From contig VRMN01000006.1 in the NCBI GenBank assembly GCA_008690995.1, forward strand, positions 558,001 through 622,000: a stretch of 64,000 bases of DNA, given 5' to 3'. The position numbers and the translations under genes were made by a program. Shown here piece by piece: positions 8,755 to 18,718 of the stretch. Below the pieces are notes generated by a model. The model saw nothing but the letters and a program-made list of their open reading frames with translations, searched no databases and was not told the origin of the DNA. The DNA is from Porphyridium purpureum. Its lineage: Eukaryota. Every line of letters starts with the position of its first letter. Within the stretch, counting starts at the first letter, position 1.

Positions 8755-10629
8755 TCAGGGCATGTTCTCAAACACACTTATAAAGCCTTCGACATTGGCT
8801 ACAAGAATGAACAAGCCCTTACTGCGATGCTGCCCGACTCGAGAAATATCAACATGCGGTGCAAACGTCGCTGCCGTGATACTATGCTGCTTCTTTCCTT
8901 TGGTTTGGAAGGCGACAAACGACTCATACGCCTTGACGCGACCAGAAACCATTCCCTTGACCGGATTTCGTCCCGCCTCGCCACTAGCTCGTTCCACGGC
9001 ATCAGGCATAGCGGCCGCAAACATGCTGCTCTGCTCGTCTTTCAAGCAATCCCATATGTACAACACGGATGAACTGCGCGCGTCGCCACTTAGAACATAT
9101 TGCCCCACGGGTGAAACGCTCAGAGTGATGTCCGTGTCTCCTGAATGACCCGACGCTTCAAAGCGCGCACGCAGCGCTTTGTCCTGCCCGGTGTACAACC
9201 GCAAACTACCGTCGTCGCGGTTCACCACAAACGTGTCTTCGTTCAAGTACTCGACACCAACAATTTTCGTGCCGCCCTTTCCTATCGAACTTTTGGAGCG
9301 CACATCGAGCTGAAAGTAAAGCTTCAACCTCCACTGGGTCGTCTCCGGGTTGAACAACTTGAAGAAATACACCAGACCATCACACGTCCCTACGACGGCG
9401 CTGGCCCCATCTGGTCTCACCCTGAGAGTCGAGATGATGCCTCGAACAGCTTGTTCAGACAGAAGCTTTTGTCCGGGGATCGACCACAACCGCACGACGC
9501 CATCTACGCAACCACTGACAAACACATTTTCGTCATGGGGATGAAACTGAACGGCAGTCACCATGTCTGGATGCACAAACTTGCGCAGACATTTCGACGA
9601 GCTCGGATGCCACAGTCTAGCTGTTCTGTCCGCACTGCCGCTGATCAAGAAATTATGTTCGCTCCAGCTCAATGACAGAATATCCGCCTTGTGCGCACGC
9701 AACCGGCGGTAAGGCGTCTCGCGCAAGAACTCGACGCCTCCAATGGTGCTGTCGGACAGCGGAAGGTTGGTATCCTCGTCCGACGCACTCCCCATGGAAC
9801 CAAAGCCTTTGATTGGGCGCATGCGGTTCGCCAGCGATCCCGTACCCCAAATGCACACGTTGCCGTCCTGACCAGCTGTTGCTAGAAAAGATCCATCTAC
9901 GCTGAACGCCATGCAATATATGCTCCCTATGTGCGCAGAGAAGATTTGTAGCCGTCTCAAGTTGTTGAACATGACAATGCCCTTGCCCTTGGCTACAACA
10001 TCAATTTGTTCACCGATATCGTACTGCTTTTCGAGCCTGCCAGTAGATGTCCTGCGTCCAGTTCCACTATGCTCGCCGGAATCGCTCGCCTCCCTTCCGA
10101 GACTCGTATCTCTGCTCTGAAATGCCTCAGGTGCGACGGCAAACGTTACGGCCTTTTCGTCGTCGACGTACGTTATCTCAACGTCCGATTCTGAGGCAGT
10201 ATCCAGACTGCGTAGATGCTCCTTCAAGTCATACGCCTTTCTGCTCTTCGTATCACTGCTGTTATCGCGCGAGCCGAATTGTTGTCGCAGTGCGGTTCCA
10301 TCTCCCGGCGGCAGCGGCACAGCAACAGAGCCGCGCATATCGTAGAACTGGTCTTCCTCGGGCGCGTCAAAAAACTCGTCCGACTCGGTCTCGTCCTCCA
10401 TGAATGCCATCGCCATCGTCTCTACTTCGGTTTCTGATCCCATTTCCGCTCCCACCACGGGCGTCGCATATTCCTTGGAGCCAGCATCGTCCTGCTGCAG
10501 CGCGTCTGCCACGCTGCCATTTTCCAGCGACCTCACCGCAAAACTCAGCCGTACCTTTTGCGTGTTTCCAGACTGGTCCGTCAAGGGCGAAGGCGAAGGC
10601 GGACGCGGACGCTCCGCGGAATCCTCCAT
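8755..10629 (-). CDS. WD40-repeat protein, WDR44-like, with FFAT motif
   Basis: AHIGSIYCMAFSVDGSFLATAGQDG..IW, HKADILSLSWS...FLISGSADRTARLWH, CLRKFVHPDMVTAVQFHP..ENVFVSG; acidic EFFDAPE motif. Confidence 0.88.
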   Translation of the reverse strand: MEDSAERPRPPSPSPLTDQSGNTQKVRLSFAVRSLENGSVADALQQDDAGSKEYATPVVGAEMGSETEVETMAMAFMEDETESDEFFDAPEEDQFYDMRGSVAVPLPPGDGTALRQQFGSRDNSSDTKSRKAYDLKEHLRSLDTASESDVEITYVDDEKAVTFAVAPEAFQSRDTSLGREASDSGEHSGTGRRTSTGRLEKQYDIGEQIDVVAKGKGIVMFNNLRRLQIFSAHIGSIYCMAFSVDGSFLATAGQDGNVCIWGTGSLANRMRPIKGFGSMGSASDEDTNLPLSDSTIGGVEFLRETPYRRLRAHKADILSLSWSEHNFLISGSADRTARLWHPSSSKCLRKFVHPDMVTAVQFHPHDENVFVSGCVDGVVRLWSIPGQKLLSEQAVRGIISTLRVRPDGASAVVGTCDGLVYFFKLFNPETTQWRLKLYFQLDVRSKSSIGKGGTKIVGVEYLNEDTFVVNRDDGSLRLYTGQDKALRARFEASGHSGDTDITLSVSPVGQYVLSGDARSSSVLYIWDCLKDEQSSMFAAAMPDAVERASGEAGRNPVKGMVSGRVKAYESFVAFQTKGKKQHSITAATFAPHVDISRVGQHRSKGLFILVANVEGFISVFENMP

Positions 10630-10734
10630 CGGGGCGCGGCCACGTGAGTCCACCACAGTGTGCTTACCATGGACTCATCCCCCGGTTGGTCTCGGCTTGT
10701 CCCGCGCGTTTGCCGACACGCGCGCGGGTGCGAA

Positions 10735-10758
10735 TTAGGGTTTCTCACAAAACCCTAA
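10735..10758. promoter_or_regulatory. Inverted pair of telo-boxes (TTAGGGTTT-N6-AAACCCTAA) in a divergent promoter
   Basis: Perfect 9-bp inverted repeat between the divergent WD40 and lipid kinase genes, followed by two CTGTAC sites. Confidence 0.5.
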
Positions 10759-10983
10759 GCACTGTACATCTATACTGTACTCAGCCGATGTCTGTGCGTC
10801 TCACTTCCACGTGGCAGGCACGCCGCCAGGTGAGTCAGCGGTATCACCCCATAACGGCGCGCATATGAGAGGAGGAGAGCGAGAGAGAGAGAGAGAAAGA
10901 GAGGCGGATAAAGCTGGCCCGTTGGAGCCTGAGTGGGTCTCTTCGGGTACAGCATTGGCGCGCAGAGCAAGGTTGACGTGGTG

Positions 10984-12213
10984 ATGGCAAAGACGCGCAG
11001 GTTAGAGCTCGTGTTCAACCCGGTGTCCGGCCCAGGAGGGCTCGAGGCCGGGCTTGAAGTGCTGGAGCTGGTCAAGAGGATTCTACGCGAGGAGTTTGAC
11101 GAGTTTGGAGTGTGCGAGACCAAGCCGGATCTTGGATGCTACGACATTGTGACCAAGCTGCTGAGTGATGACCTCGAGCGCGTGAAGGGCGAGGATGCCA
11201 CCAGCCGGAAAAGAGAGCAGTGGACCCTCGTCGTGAGCGGCGGGGATGGGTCGATTCACGAAGCTGTTAGCGCAATGCGCAGATTTGAAAAGAAGCTTAA
11301 CTCGTCCGAACAGGAGCTGTACGTGATGCCGCGACTGGGGGTGATTCCGCGCGGCACGGGAAACGCGGTGGCGCTCGCGTTGGGGATTCCGACCGACCCT
11401 ACGGCGGCATGCGCGCTGATATGCACGAGCCACACGAGGACGTTGGACGTCGCCCACGTTTCGTTCCCCGGGCAATTGGACGACGATAGGAGCGAGAATG
11501 ATCCTTCGCAAGATCGGTACTGCATTCTCCTTGCCGGCGTGGGGCGAGAGGCGATTATGACTCGCGAAGCGACGCGCGAACTAAAGTCCAAGATTGGCGT
11601 GCTCGCATACGGCTGGGGAATCTTCAAAGCGTGCGTCGACGATGCTGAGAAGTTTGAAGTCAAGCTCATTTTGGACAATGTGCACGATGCGATGAAATTT
11701 TCATCCAGACGAAAGGGAACGGTTGTGGACATTGATCGACTGACAGTGACCAACATGAAGGCTATGGGAGTCACCATCTCCAACCTTGCACCCATATCCT
11801 CAGTCATGTCTGCCGGGATTGGCGATATTGTGCCCGACGACGGACTCCTGGAGTGCGTCTGCTTTGCACCCGAAACACGGCTGGACGGCATCCGGGCCAT
11901 GTTTAGCATGATGATGTCTGGCCTGTTCAATGTGCGTCTCCTACGACCCGAGGTGTTTGGACTGCGCGCCAAAAAAGTGGTTCTCAACTGCAACCCGCCC
12001 AAGCAAGTCGTACTGGACGGCGAGCTACTTGGAAAGACCCCCATGCAGCTAGAATGTGAGGCCAAGACTGTGGAGATCATTGCGCCGCCCAAGAAGGAAG
12101 TGAACACGCCCATGCGCAAGTTCCGCAACATGATGCGTAAAATTCAGGGCGCCGTGGCCATATCGGTGGTCATTGCTGCGTCCAGCACCGCCGAGAGCGT
12201 ATGTCGAGTGTAG
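10984..12213 (+). CDS. Diacylglycerol kinase-like lipid kinase (YegS/BmrU/DAGKc family), copy 1
   Basis: VFNPVSG, SGGDGSIHEAV, GVIPRGTGNAVA, LAGVG, DDGLLE, VLDGE; hydrophobic C-terminus. Confidence 0.9.
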   Translation: MAKTRRLELVFNPVSGPGGLEAGLEVLELVKRILREEFDEFGVCETKPDLGCYDIVTKLLSDDLERVKGEDATSRKREQWTLVVSGGDGSIHEAVSAMRRFEKKLNSSEQELYVMPRLGVIPRGTGNAVALALGIPTDPTAACALICTSHTRTLDVAHVSFPGQLDDDRSENDPSQDRYCILLAGVGREAIMTREATRELKSKIGVLAYGWGIFKACVDDAEKFEVKLILDNVHDAMKFSSRRKGTVVDIDRLTVTNMKAMGVTISNLAPISSVMSAGIGDIVPDDGLLECVCFAPETRLDGIRAMFSMMMSGLFNVRLLRPEVFGLRAKKVVLNCNPPKQVVLDGELLGKTPMQLECEAKTVEIIAPPKKEVNTPMRKFRNMMRKIQGAVAISVVIAASSTAESVCRV

Positions 12214-12366
12214 GATGGTGCGCGCGTGCTGCTCACATGCGCTCCGCAGTAGAGCAATTACGACCGCGATGGACAACACCCTTCTCTCTCATTCCTGACG
12301 TGGAGTGCCACCTTACACGTGGAAGTCATCTCTTGGGACGCCCGTACTGAAACACACCAGTTTTGT

Positions 12367-12374
12367 TATATAAA
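12367..12374 (+). promoter_or_regulatory. Putative TATA box (TATATAAA)
   Basis: About 120 nt upstream of the ATG at 12491 in otherwise GC-rich DNA. Confidence 0.5.
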
Positions 12375-12490
12375 TCCCGGCAGCTCGCGGAATATTTTCT
12401 GGCAACGACTGCGACTCGAGTGGGAGTAGCTGGGTTGGCGACTGCCACGGCTCTTCGACTACACGACGGTTCCCGGCAGGCATTCGCAGG

Positions 12491-13711
12491 ATGGAGAGGA
12501 CTCGCAGGCTGGTGCTGGTGTTCAACCCGATTTCTGGGCCCGGAGGGCTGGAGGCCGGCTGTAGAACGCTCGAGGAGGTGAAGAAGGTGTTCTCCGCCGC
12601 GTTCGACGAGCTGGAGGTGCACGAGACCAAGCCGGATGTGTCGTGTTATGACATTGTCACGGACGTGCTGCATAAAGATGTGAAGACAGCTCTGGAAGCG
12701 GAGGATCAGATGGAGCAGTGGACGTTGGTGGTGAGTGGCGGCGACGGCTCCATCCACGAGGCCGTCAGCGCCATGCGCAGGTTTGAGAAGAAGCTCGACG
12801 ACGCCCAGCGCGAACGGTACGTTATGCCACGTTTGGGCGTCATACCGCGCGGAACAGGCAACGCAGTGGCGCTGGCACTGGGCATTCCGACAGAGCCGAT
12901 GGCCGCATGTAACTTTATTTGCTCTGGTGGAACAAGAAGGTTGGACGTCGCACAAGTGACGTTTCCAGACCAGGAGAACAGTCGAGCCGAAAAGGCACCC
13001 TCTCAAGAGCGGTATTGCATTCTTCTCGCGGGCGTTGGTCGCGAGGCGTCGATGACGCGAAACGCCACCCGCGAGCTAAAGTCTAAGATTGGTATGCTTG
13101 CATATGGTTGGGGCGCCATGAAGGCGTGCTTTGCGGAGTCAGAAAAATTCGAGGTTTCGCTAGTACTGGACGACGCACACGACGTGATGAAGTTCTCTTC
13201 GAAGCAAAGGGGCTCGGGTACCGTTGTCGATATCGATCGGCTCTCAGTAACCAAGCTGCATGCAATGGGCGTCACCGTAGCCAACTTGGCACCGTTCAGC
13301 ACGGTGATGTCGTGTGGTATTGGCGACGTGATTCCAGACGATGGGCTTCTGGAATGTGTTTGCTTTGCGCCGGAAACACGTTTAGATGGATTGAAAGCCA
13401 TGCTGAGCATGCTCATTTCGGGCTTGTTCAACGTACGACTCTTGCGCCCCGAGGTGTTTGGCATGCGCGCGAGAAAAGTGCTGCTCAAGTGCGACCCACC
13501 CAAAGAAATTGTTCTGGACGGAGAATTGCTCGGTCAGACGCCGATGCAGCTTGAATGCGAGGCCAAGACTATTGAGATCATTGCACCTTCGAAAAGAGAA
13601 ATGAATTCGCGCATGCGCCGGCTACGTCACGTGTTGCGAAAAGTCCAGGGCACAGTGGCCATGGTGGTTTTCGCAGGGCTGGCGAACAAGGCTTTGAAGT
13701 CGATGGCATAG
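12491..13711 (+). CDS. Diacylglycerol kinase-like lipid kinase (YegS/BmrU/DAGKc family), copy 2
   Basis: Same motifs as copy 1 and colinear with it; tandem paralogue. Confidence 0.9.
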   Translation: MERTRRLVLVFNPISGPGGLEAGCRTLEEVKKVFSAAFDELEVHETKPDVSCYDIVTDVLHKDVKTALEAEDQMEQWTLVVSGGDGSIHEAVSAMRRFEKKLDDAQRERYVMPRLGVIPRGTGNAVALALGIPTEPMAACNFICSGGTRRLDVAQVTFPDQENSRAEKAPSQERYCILLAGVGREASMTRNATRELKSKIGMLAYGWGAMKACFAESEKFEVSLVLDDAHDVMKFSSKQRGSGTVVDIDRLSVTKLHAMGVTVANLAPFSTVMSCGIGDVIPDDGLLECVCFAPETRLDGLKAMLSMLISGLFNVRLLRPEVFGMRARKVLLKCDPPKEIVLDGELLGQTPMQLECEAKTIEIIAPSKREMNSRMRRLRHVLRKVQGTVAMVVFAGLANKALKSMA

Positions 13712-13876
13712 GAGACAGGCCGCGACATGCATGGCCTTTCGCATTGTAGGGCGCGGGTTTGCTTCGAGACTCGAAAGCGTGACGATACGCATGTCGGGTG
13801 CTCCAGTGGGAGGACTGTATGCGGACAAACATGATTAGAATAAAAATAAGGCATGGCATGCCACGCCTTTTGCATT

Positions 13877-14905
13877 TCACTTTGTCCGGAGATGAAGTAA
13901 AGACGAGAGGAGCTCGGTGCAACGGACCGTACAATCTGTGACGAATGCGATAGCCTGCGATGCTGCCGTTTCCGTTCCTTCCGGATGTGAGTAGCAGGTG
14001 AACCGGCGTCGGAACAGTTTTGCGGCTTCAAAGTGGATTCCAAAAATGACTCGTGAGGTCATGAACGGGTACATGACCTGATGCTTGAGCATGCTTAAGG
14101 CCGAGAAAGGCACGTGGTCCTTTGTCGTCAGCGATGCGACGAAAAAGCGTTCGGCCGCCGCCGAGACGGCGGCGCACCCGGCGGAGCACGAAGCGGAGCA
14201 TGCGTGCTGTGGTATCGTCTGACTGAGCACCGTACGCACGCGCAACTGAGGTGCAACCGGGGACGAAAAGTGCCAGCGATAGCTCACACCCTCGATTGGG
14301 ATAAACGGCGATACATGAAACCGCTTTTCATGGCCTCCGTAGCACACCATCGCAGTGGCATCCTCTGCATCTGTCCTGCTTGGGGCTTGACGATCATCGA
14401 ATGCTTCATCCGTACGGGTCAGCAGGTATGGATGCTGCTCGAACCAGGGAATGTTGCCGACTTCCGCCACAATGTATTGTACCTCTTCTGGGTCCTGGCC
14501 CTGTTGCGGATCCCCCATGACGTAGTAGAATGACACGGGATTGAATCCGACGCCAAAGGTGCGCAGATGCGTGAGCAGCAGGATCCTGCCGCGAGGGCGC
14601 TCGCCGCTTCTTGCCGTGTGCTGGACATAGTTCCGAATACTTTCAGACAAATTCCCGCTCGGGTCCGCGTACAACTTGCCCACCTCGCCGAAAAAGTAGT
14701 CGGTGCGTCTGAACCAGCTCAGCGCCGGCACGTGCGCACGCGATGAGAACACTGGCCAACAATCAAGCTCGCCACTCTCCACTTCGTCCAGATCCAGGAC
14801 CACCATGTACACACGGTAGCGAAACACATAGTTTTGCGGGGACGACCGTGAGTGCACCACGTCTCCGCGAACCACTCGCGAGCGCCTACCCGGGGCGATC
14901 GTCAT
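13877..14905 (-). CDS. DUF1365 family protein
   Basis: G.VVHSR..P....FRY, I.LLTHLRTFG..FNPVSFYY, AEVGNIPW.E.H.Y, KRFHVSPF, IHFEAAKLF. Confidence 0.88.
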   Translation of the reverse strand: MTIAPGRRSRVVRGDVVHSRSSPQNYVFRYRVYMVVLDLDEVESGELDCWPVFSSRAHVPALSWFRRTDYFFGEVGKLYADPSGNLSESIRNYVQHTARSGERPRGRILLLTHLRTFGVGFNPVSFYYVMGDPQQGQDPEEVQYIVAEVGNIPWFEQHPYLLTRTDEAFDDRQAPSRTDAEDATAMVCYGGHEKRFHVSPFIPIEGVSYRWHFSSPVAPQLRVRTVLSQTIPQHACSASCSAGCAAVSAAAERFFVASLTTKDHVPFSALSMLKHQVMYPFMTSRVIFGIHFEAAKLFRRRFTCYSHPEGTETAASQAIAFVTDCTVRCTELLSSLLHLRTK

Positions 14906-15061
14906 TGTGGGCGTTATTTCACCAGGCCGTGGCTCGACTCGGCTCGTTCCGCAAAGACCTGCCGCTTTGTCCCAATCTCAAATGTTCTCCGAGGTTGCGA
15001 CATTTGGACGCGAGAAAAGTTGCACAGACAGACTGTTGTAGCTGTGTCTGCATCTGCGTCA

Positions 15062-15764
15062 ATGGCAAGCGAGGCGCCGGAGACGCGCGATGTTCGTTTC
15101 GTGAGCTGGCTTGACCAGGAGAGAGGCGACACGCCGGCGCGGGTGTCTAAAGATGTGTATTTGCAAAGCTTACCAACAATGAGACCGCTTCCTTCGTGCG
15201 CAGTGAAAGTAATGCAGGAAGTGCATGGCGAGAAGCGCGGCACGTGGATGTTTGAGAGTCAGACGGGCGAGCAATCATCCCCGGAGAAGGCACTTTGCCG
15301 TCCAGAATATTCTGGTTGGTCTGACCGCTTGGCGGACGACGAATCTGCACAGGTCTTCACACCCTGCATGCCATGCATGCCATGCATGCCATGCAATCCG
15401 CTCATTACGCTGACGAGCATCGCGCATTTACTCTGTTCAGAAAATCGTGCACGACGTGCGATTCCGTACGGCGCCAGCTCGACCTGCATGTGGAACAGGC
15501 TGCTGGACAGCAGCGCAATCCCGTCCAGGCGCAAGCAACGGCAAAAATATACAATGCGGGGCGTGCATGCGCTCAAAAGAAGCAGTCTACAGCGGCGCGC
15601 CGTGGACGTGTCGCCGCGCGCGGCCATCAAGTGGCTGCACGCGCTGCGCCCAGCATGCCGGTGGCCCACGGCGCTCACACGCTAGCCACACCCGGTTTAT
15701 CGACTTGGCAGCTTATCGGCTTATCGGCTTATCGGCGTATCGAATCTTTTTTTCCCCGTTTTAA
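15062..15764 (+). CDS. Hypothetical protein, probably spliced (putative intron 15353-15440)
   Basis: MASEAPE... ORF; GT at 15353, GCTGAC branch-like motif near 15409 and TGTTCAG acceptor ending 15440, with a 9-bp repeat inside. Splicing gives a Cys-rich second exon. Gene model uncertain. Confidence 0.35.
15365..15395. repeat. (TGCATGCCA)3 tandem repeat
   Basis: Direct reading. Confidence 0.9.
15711..15742. repeat. (GCTTATCG)3-4 tandem repeat
   Basis: Three perfect units plus GCGTATCG, about 100 nt upstream of the ATG at 15839. Confidence 0.9.
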
Positions 15765-15838
15765 CGCTCTCGAAGAGATTGGCATGTCGGAGGGGGCGAT
15801 GGATGGGTGGGTCGGGATGTGGAGAAGGCGACGGTAGG

Positions 15839-18478
15839 ATGGGCGAGTACGTGTTCAGCGTGTGCGCCGAGACAGTGCCCGGCGAAGTGGTTGTGCGGAT
15901 CGGGAGCGATCATGGCTGGAAAGCAGAGGACGCGCAGGTGCTGAAAACGTCCGCACAGACGTACCCGCTCTGGAGCTCGGATCCAGTCAAGTATCCTGTC
16001 GCACAGATCGGGCAGCGCGTCACCTACAAGTATGCCGTGCGTAGCACGCAGGAGAATGGGTGCGTTCACTTGCGGTGGGAGGCTGAGGGCGGCACCAAGA
16101 ACCGCTCAGTGCCGCTGGAGGCGGAGAAGCTGAGGGTGTTTGACGGCTGGTTCAATCGCATTTCAGACGTCCCCTTCGGGTTCCACGATCCACCCAAACC
16201 AATGCCTCCCATCGAGAAACCAATCAAGCCTCACGGGAAATACGTGCTTGTGCTCGGGTCTTCAGTGGCGGTGGGGTGCAATGCATGGAAGCTGGAGGGG
16301 TGGGCGTACTTGTTGGGCAAGGCGCTGCGTGAAAGCTTTGGTCACTCATTGGTAAATACGTCTGAATCTGGCTCAAATATCGCGCGCGCAATCCAGCGCT
16401 TCCCAGATGTCGTGGCCGTGGTGCCTGAAACACCAGCCTTTGTTGTGATTTCGCTGTCTCTGGGCAACGAAGGAATATTCCATTGCAAGCCGCACGAGCG
16501 CAACGCCGTGTATGCACGATTTATCAGCGGCATGGACAAGCTTGTGAGCATGGTGGAAAAAATAGGCGCAATTCCTGTCGTAGGTGGAGTCTACCCAAAT
16601 GGCGACTGTATTGTGGACGCACATATGTACTTCATTCGCGAGGCACGCGCACACTTCAAGCGTAAGTACAGATACACGATCGAGTGGTTTGACGACCTGT
16701 CTGATGATTGCGGACGTTGGAAGGAAGAGTATGCTAGTGATAATGCCCACCCTAATACGACAGGACACCAGGTCATGCGCGAATGCATCGACCTGGCGCA
16801 GTTTGCACCGCCAATGAAAGGTGCTGCAGACGCGGCCGCCAGCGAGACCTACTCTGATCAAGACCACAGCAAGGTTTCCATTGCTGATACCAGAAGAGCC
16901 CCTTCTATCCACGCGGATCTGCCAAGCACCGAACGGGTTCTCGTTGCAGTGCTTGGGGACACTTTCCAAATTTCGTGCGAGTTCGATCAGAACAGCGTAA
17001 CCAGTGTTTACTTAACAAATACACGCCAGGACTCGGTTGGCATCAACAAGGACTGGCTTGAATTGCAAAATGCGCTCCGAGCGTCAGGAAAGCTTGAACC
17101 GGGGCTGTACGTACGAAAGTACACAAAGCCGAGCGACCGCACGTTGGGACTGTCGCCAATTGTTTCACTGTTTGTAGGGCCCAACGGCACAATTGAAACA
17201 ACAATGGATATCGGTCCCGGCGAGCGGCTTGAGTTTCAACACTCAAGGAACGCTTTGTTCTGCCCGTCGTCCACGGATCTCTTATTCTATGACGGCGTGG
17301 CGGTCGTCATTTTCCACGACAGTCCAGAAGATATTTGGATCAGCAATGAGACAGATACAGAGTACAACTTGCACCCAATGTGGAATGAGGTGCGATGCGC
17401 GATGCGATCGATTCCAGGCGGTGTGTATGACGCCAAATCCAGCGACGGCGCGGTGCCAGATTTTTCGACCCTTCTCATAGGTAACGATGGGCTAGCTAGT
17501 CGGGTCAAGATTCCGCCGCGCACCGCTCGTGTTTTCAAACGAACCATGGCTCTTGCCGAGCTTGAGCGCTTTGCGCTCGTGCCACTAGGAGCACGATGTA
17601 GCATGCGGATGCTGCTGCATGAGTTGCAATATGACGGCCCATGCTATCCGTTCGACTTGACGCGCGTGAGCTCCTTAGCCGACGCAGCAGATATAGTATG
17701 GAGGGGATTTAGCGACATGTGGAACCCGGAACACTTGCACTACAGCCATGATGACGGACGCGTCTTTCATACACGTTGGAACTCGCTGTCGTTCGCGCAC
17801 GAAGTCGAGGAGAATGACGACCCTGTGAACGAGATCGGGCCCATTTTCAAGCGAATGGGTGCCAGATACGCGCGTCGGGCTGAACGCTTTGACTTTGTGC
17901 TGCGGAACGCCAACCAAGTCATTCTCTTACGAACTGGCGAGAGCAATCGACAGGAAGTCTTAGACTTCATGGGCAAGGTGCGAGCCAAGTACAATCGCGA
18001 CAATGCCATCCGGCTGTTCCTGTTTTCGCGGCAAGACTCGGGCGAATTTGGGCAAATTCCTGGCGTGCGCCACTTTCAACACGAGATGGACCCGGACCGC
18101 ATGAACGACGACGCGGGGTACCGTACGCATTGCGCGCATCTGCTCAAGCACATGCTGAACGAGACGGGCGTGACGTCGCGCAACTTGTTCTGGTGCCCGA
18201 ACAACCCCAACGCCAAGCCGGTGTCCGCATCGAACGCGGGCCGTAGCGACACGGGCCTGATGCGCTCTGTCGACAGCGCCGAGACGCTTGCGCTCAAGTC
18301 GCTGAGCAGCGAGCTCCAGCTCGACCGTCTGTTTGCCACGCACGCGCACGCGTCGCCTCCTCCTCACATCGCGACGGCCGACACCGTCTCCATCGAGTCG
18401 CTGTCTCTGCCCGACGAACCTCCCAAGGCGTCTCTTCCCCAGCACGCCCCGCTCGCACACGCGCTTGAGCAAGATTAA
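15839..18478 (+). CDS. Multidomain protein: CBM20 + SGNH/GDSL hydrolase + duplicated unknown domain + DUF1796 (putative papain-like peptidase)
   Basis: CBM20: T.PGE.V..IGS...W, YPLW, YKY, WE...NR. SGNH: LGSSV, SG, LGNE, DNAHPN..GH. DUF1796: PLGARC...L......YPFD, RRAERF...L......LLR. Confidence 0.8.
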   Translation: MGEYVFSVCAETVPGEVVVRIGSDHGWKAEDAQVLKTSAQTYPLWSSDPVKYPVAQIGQRVTYKYAVRSTQENGCVHLRWEAEGGTKNRSVPLEAEKLRVFDGWFNRISDVPFGFHDPPKPMPPIEKPIKPHGKYVLVLGSSVAVGCNAWKLEGWAYLLGKALRESFGHSLVNTSESGSNIARAIQRFPDVVAVVPETPAFVVISLSLGNEGIFHCKPHERNAVYARFISGMDKLVSMVEKIGAIPVVGGVYPNGDCIVDAHMYFIREARAHFKRKYRYTIEWFDDLSDDCGRWKEEYASDNAHPNTTGHQVMRECIDLAQFAPPMKGAADAAASETYSDQDHSKVSIADTRRAPSIHADLPSTERVLVAVLGDTFQISCEFDQNSVTSVYLTNTRQDSVGINKDWLELQNALRASGKLEPGLYVRKYTKPSDRTLGLSPIVSLFVGPNGTIETTMDIGPGERLEFQHSRNALFCPSSTDLLFYDGVAVVIFHDSPEDIWISNETDTEYNLHPMWNEVRCAMRSIPGGVYDAKSSDGAVPDFSTLLIGNDGLASRVKIPPRTARVFKRTMALAELERFALVPLGARCSMRMLLHELQYDGPCYPFDLTRVSSLADAADIVWRGFSDMWNPEHLHYSHDDGRVFHTRWNSLSFAHEVEENDDPVNEIGPIFKRMGARYARRAERFDFVLRNANQVILLRTGESNRQEVLDFMGKVRAKYNRDNAIRLFLFSRQDSGEFGQIPGVRHFQHEMDPDRMNDDAGYRTHCAHLLKHMLNETGVTSRNLFWCPNNPNAKPVSASNAGRSDTGLMRSVDSAETLALKSLSSELQLDRLFATHAHASPPPHIATADTVSIESLSLPDEPPKASLPQHAPLAHALEQD

Positions 18479-18718
18479 AATAACGCCGTTTTTTAACTTA
18501 ATTATCTGCATGCGGCTCAAAACGCGTTGCGCGCGTGGCAGCCACGTGAGCGGTTGAGGGAAAGGAGCAGAAGGGGCAAGAGGGTGGCTGGACGGACAGG
18601 TGCAGAAGCAAGGAAAGGCCGCTTCAAGTCGGGCGCCGCTTCTCCGCGACAGTTGTGCTGCCTCGCCGGCGTCTCACGCAGGGCTTGTGACAGACTGCGC
18701 GCTCACGCAGGAATCAGC

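Noticed and set aside
15365..15742. Short tandem repeats as CRISPR-like or mobile-element signatures
   Set aside because: 8-9 bp units without spacers, no cas or transposase genes, and a eukaryotic context.
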